A stretch of DNA of 63,387 nucleotides, counting the filler, from Olpidium bornovanus S191 (Eukaryota > Fungi > Olpidiomycota), in assembly GCA_017911155.1 (NCBI GenBank). It is 31 parts of 31 records of this genome, joined end to end, with 100 filler letters (N's around TTAATTAATTAA, not from the genome) between each part and the next. Parts side by side here need not be neighbours in the genome. Positions count along the whole stretch, not along the records: positions 61,185 to 63,387 come from JAEFCI010013373.1; 30 more parts are not named here. One strand, 5' to 3'. The notes below the pieces were generated by a model. The model worked only from the letters and a program-made list of their open reading frames with translations, did not search any database and was not told the DNA's origin. Position 1 is the stretch's first letter. Each line of letters begins with the position of its first letter. The position numbers and the translations under genes are program-made. Below, one piece after another: positions 61,566-63,387 of the stretch.

Positions 61566-63387
61566 ATGAGCTATTCGCGACTTCCCGCCGTCTCCGGGCT
61601 CGCCGCGTTCAGGAGACAGGTTCGTGGAGAGAAAGGCGCGGAGCTACGGCGGGAGAGTCAGATACCCAGCGCGGCGCCGCTCTGCACGGCCGGGTTTGCT
61701 GCCGGCTCGGCGCGGAAGACTCGGGACCGCCGGATCTTCCCTGGGTCCTGTCTTCTCCAGAGCCGCGGTTTGCCAACGCAAACCGTGTGAAGAAATCTCC
61801 AAACTGCTTTTTCCTCGATGTGTTCTGTGCCGAGTAGGGCAGGGTGGTCGGCCTGCGGCCTTGCTCTGTGCGAACCCTAGTTGTTTTAGTGCGCTGGCGG
61901 AAGGCACCCCGTTGGAGCCGCCGACAACGTTTTTGCTTGTACTGACTTGTTGTCGACTCTCTTTCATTTTTCCGGGTATGCAGGCACTCACGCCAAGGTA
62001 CCTGGCCCGTGCTGCGAGCGGCAATGTCCAGGGTACCGTTATTGGTATTGACCTTGGTACTACCAACTCATGCGTTGCCGTGATGGTAAGTTAACTTCCG
62101 ACGGGCGTTATTACTACGCATTTCAGTTCTAACCAGTTTTTTGCGTGCGCGTTTCTTGCCTTTGTGATTGCGTCACGAACAGGAGGGGAAGACCCCTCGC
62201 GTTATCGAAAATGCGGAGGGTGGACGCACCACCCCGTCGGTGGTCGCTTTCAACAAGGAGGGCGAGATTCTTGTCGGCCAGCCTGCTAAGCGCCAAGCGG
62301 TCGTCAACCCCGAGAACACGCTGTTTGCCACGAAGCGCTTGATCGGCCGGAAGTTTCGCGATGCTGAAATTCAGAAGGACATTCCCTCTGTCCCGTACAA
62401 GATAGTTGCGCACTCCAATGGTGACGCGTGGGTTGATGCCCGTGGAAAGAAGTACAGCCCCGCTCAGATTGGCGCGTACGTCGTCGGTAAAATGAAGGAA
62501 ACCGCGGGTGCGTATTTTTTTTTTTGCGTCCCAACATTTTTTGTTTATTTTACAATTGTGAGACATTGCTCACAAGCGGCGCGTTTTTTCCAGAATCTTA
62601 CCTCGGCAAACCTGTTAAGAACGCCGTCGTTACCGTCCCCGCGTATGTATATATTCCCGTGGCAAAGTTGACGGATGCCGTGTCCCCGAAAATAAGCTGT
62701 CGTGTCTCACAACTCAATCTGATCCGTGACAAAATCCAGGTACTTCAACGACTCTCAGCGCCAGGCCACGAAGGACGCCGGTACCATTGCTGGCCTCAAT
62801 GTCCTGCGTGTCATTAATGAACCGACTGCCGCCGCTCTTGCATATGGTCTGGACAAGTCTGAAGACAAGGTCATCGCTGTTTACGATCTGGGGGGTGGTA
62901 CCTTCGATATCTCCATCCTTGAGATTCAGAAAGGCGTTTTTGAAGTCAAGTCGACAAACGGAAACACCCACCTTGGCGGCGAAGATTTTGACATTACGCT
63001 TGTTAACCACGTGAGTGTTGCTTCGCATCACGGGTAACACAGAACGTCGGTTTAGACGAACATAGTCCATTGACATATTTTTGCTGGATTTAGGTGGTTG
63101 CAGAGTTCAAGAAGGAGTCTGGAATTGACCTCACGCAGGACCGCATGGCCATTCAGCGCATCCGGGAGGCCACCGAAAAGGCCAAGATCGAATTGTCATC
63201 CACCCAGTTGACTGATGTCAACCTCCCCTACATTACTGCCGATGCAACTGGTCCGAAGCACATCAACATGAAACTTTCTCGTGCCAAGTTTGAGTCCCTT
63301 TGCGCTCCTCTGTTTGACCGGACGATTGAGCCGTGCAAGAAGGCGATCAAAGACGCTGGTGTAACCACTAAGGAAATCAACGAGGTC
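61566..63387 (+). CDS. SSC1: Mitochondrial Hsp70, multi-exon, 3'-truncated
   Basis: Arg-rich presequence [18 protein letters not shown]; [18 protein letters not shown]|[19 protein letters not shown]...[21 protein letters not shown]...[14 protein letters not shown]...[19 protein letters not shown]. Confidence 0.98.

Overview
This is not a continuous locus. It is 31 short eukaryotic contigs (about 1-4 kb each) joined by 30 identical 100-bp spacers (44 N + TTAATTAATTAA six-frame stop linker + 44 N), so gene neighbourhoods across spacers are artificial. The DNA is GC-rich and intron-rich with long homopolymer runs. It looks fungal (fungal-type profilin, carnitine acetyltransferase, SPX-RING-type protein, RPL31) and encodes the inner-arm dynein light chain p28/DNALI1. 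That points to a zoosporic, early-diverging fungus; an Olpidium-like draft assembly is a plausible but unverified guess. Recognisable genes, mostly partial: carnitine acetyltransferase, Mid2-like sensor, DNALI1, profilin, BRCT protein, GlyRS, RraA-like aldolase, PEBP, a two-repeat uncharacterised protein, a TmcB-like membrane protein, ERK/Fus3 MAPK, tRNase Z head-to-head with RPL31, an aftiphilin-like AP-1 accessory protein, a KDM3-like protein, a class C GPCR, an RGS protein, muskelin, DNAJC11, BRR2, an SPX protein and mitochondrial Hsp70. There are also copia and gypsy RT remnants. I cannot support a novel multi-gene system. The best leads are a nested inverted-repeat element (43.0-43.9 kb), a fungal class C GPCR, a dispersed ~100-bp promoter-proximal repeat, unusual AAG/poly-A 3' splice sites, a GW/WG-rich orphan, an orphan tRNA 3' half, a structured 71-bp tandem duplication, and strong CATG enrichment at contig ends. 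All protein assignments come from recalled family motifs, not from searches. Exon coordinates were read by eye.
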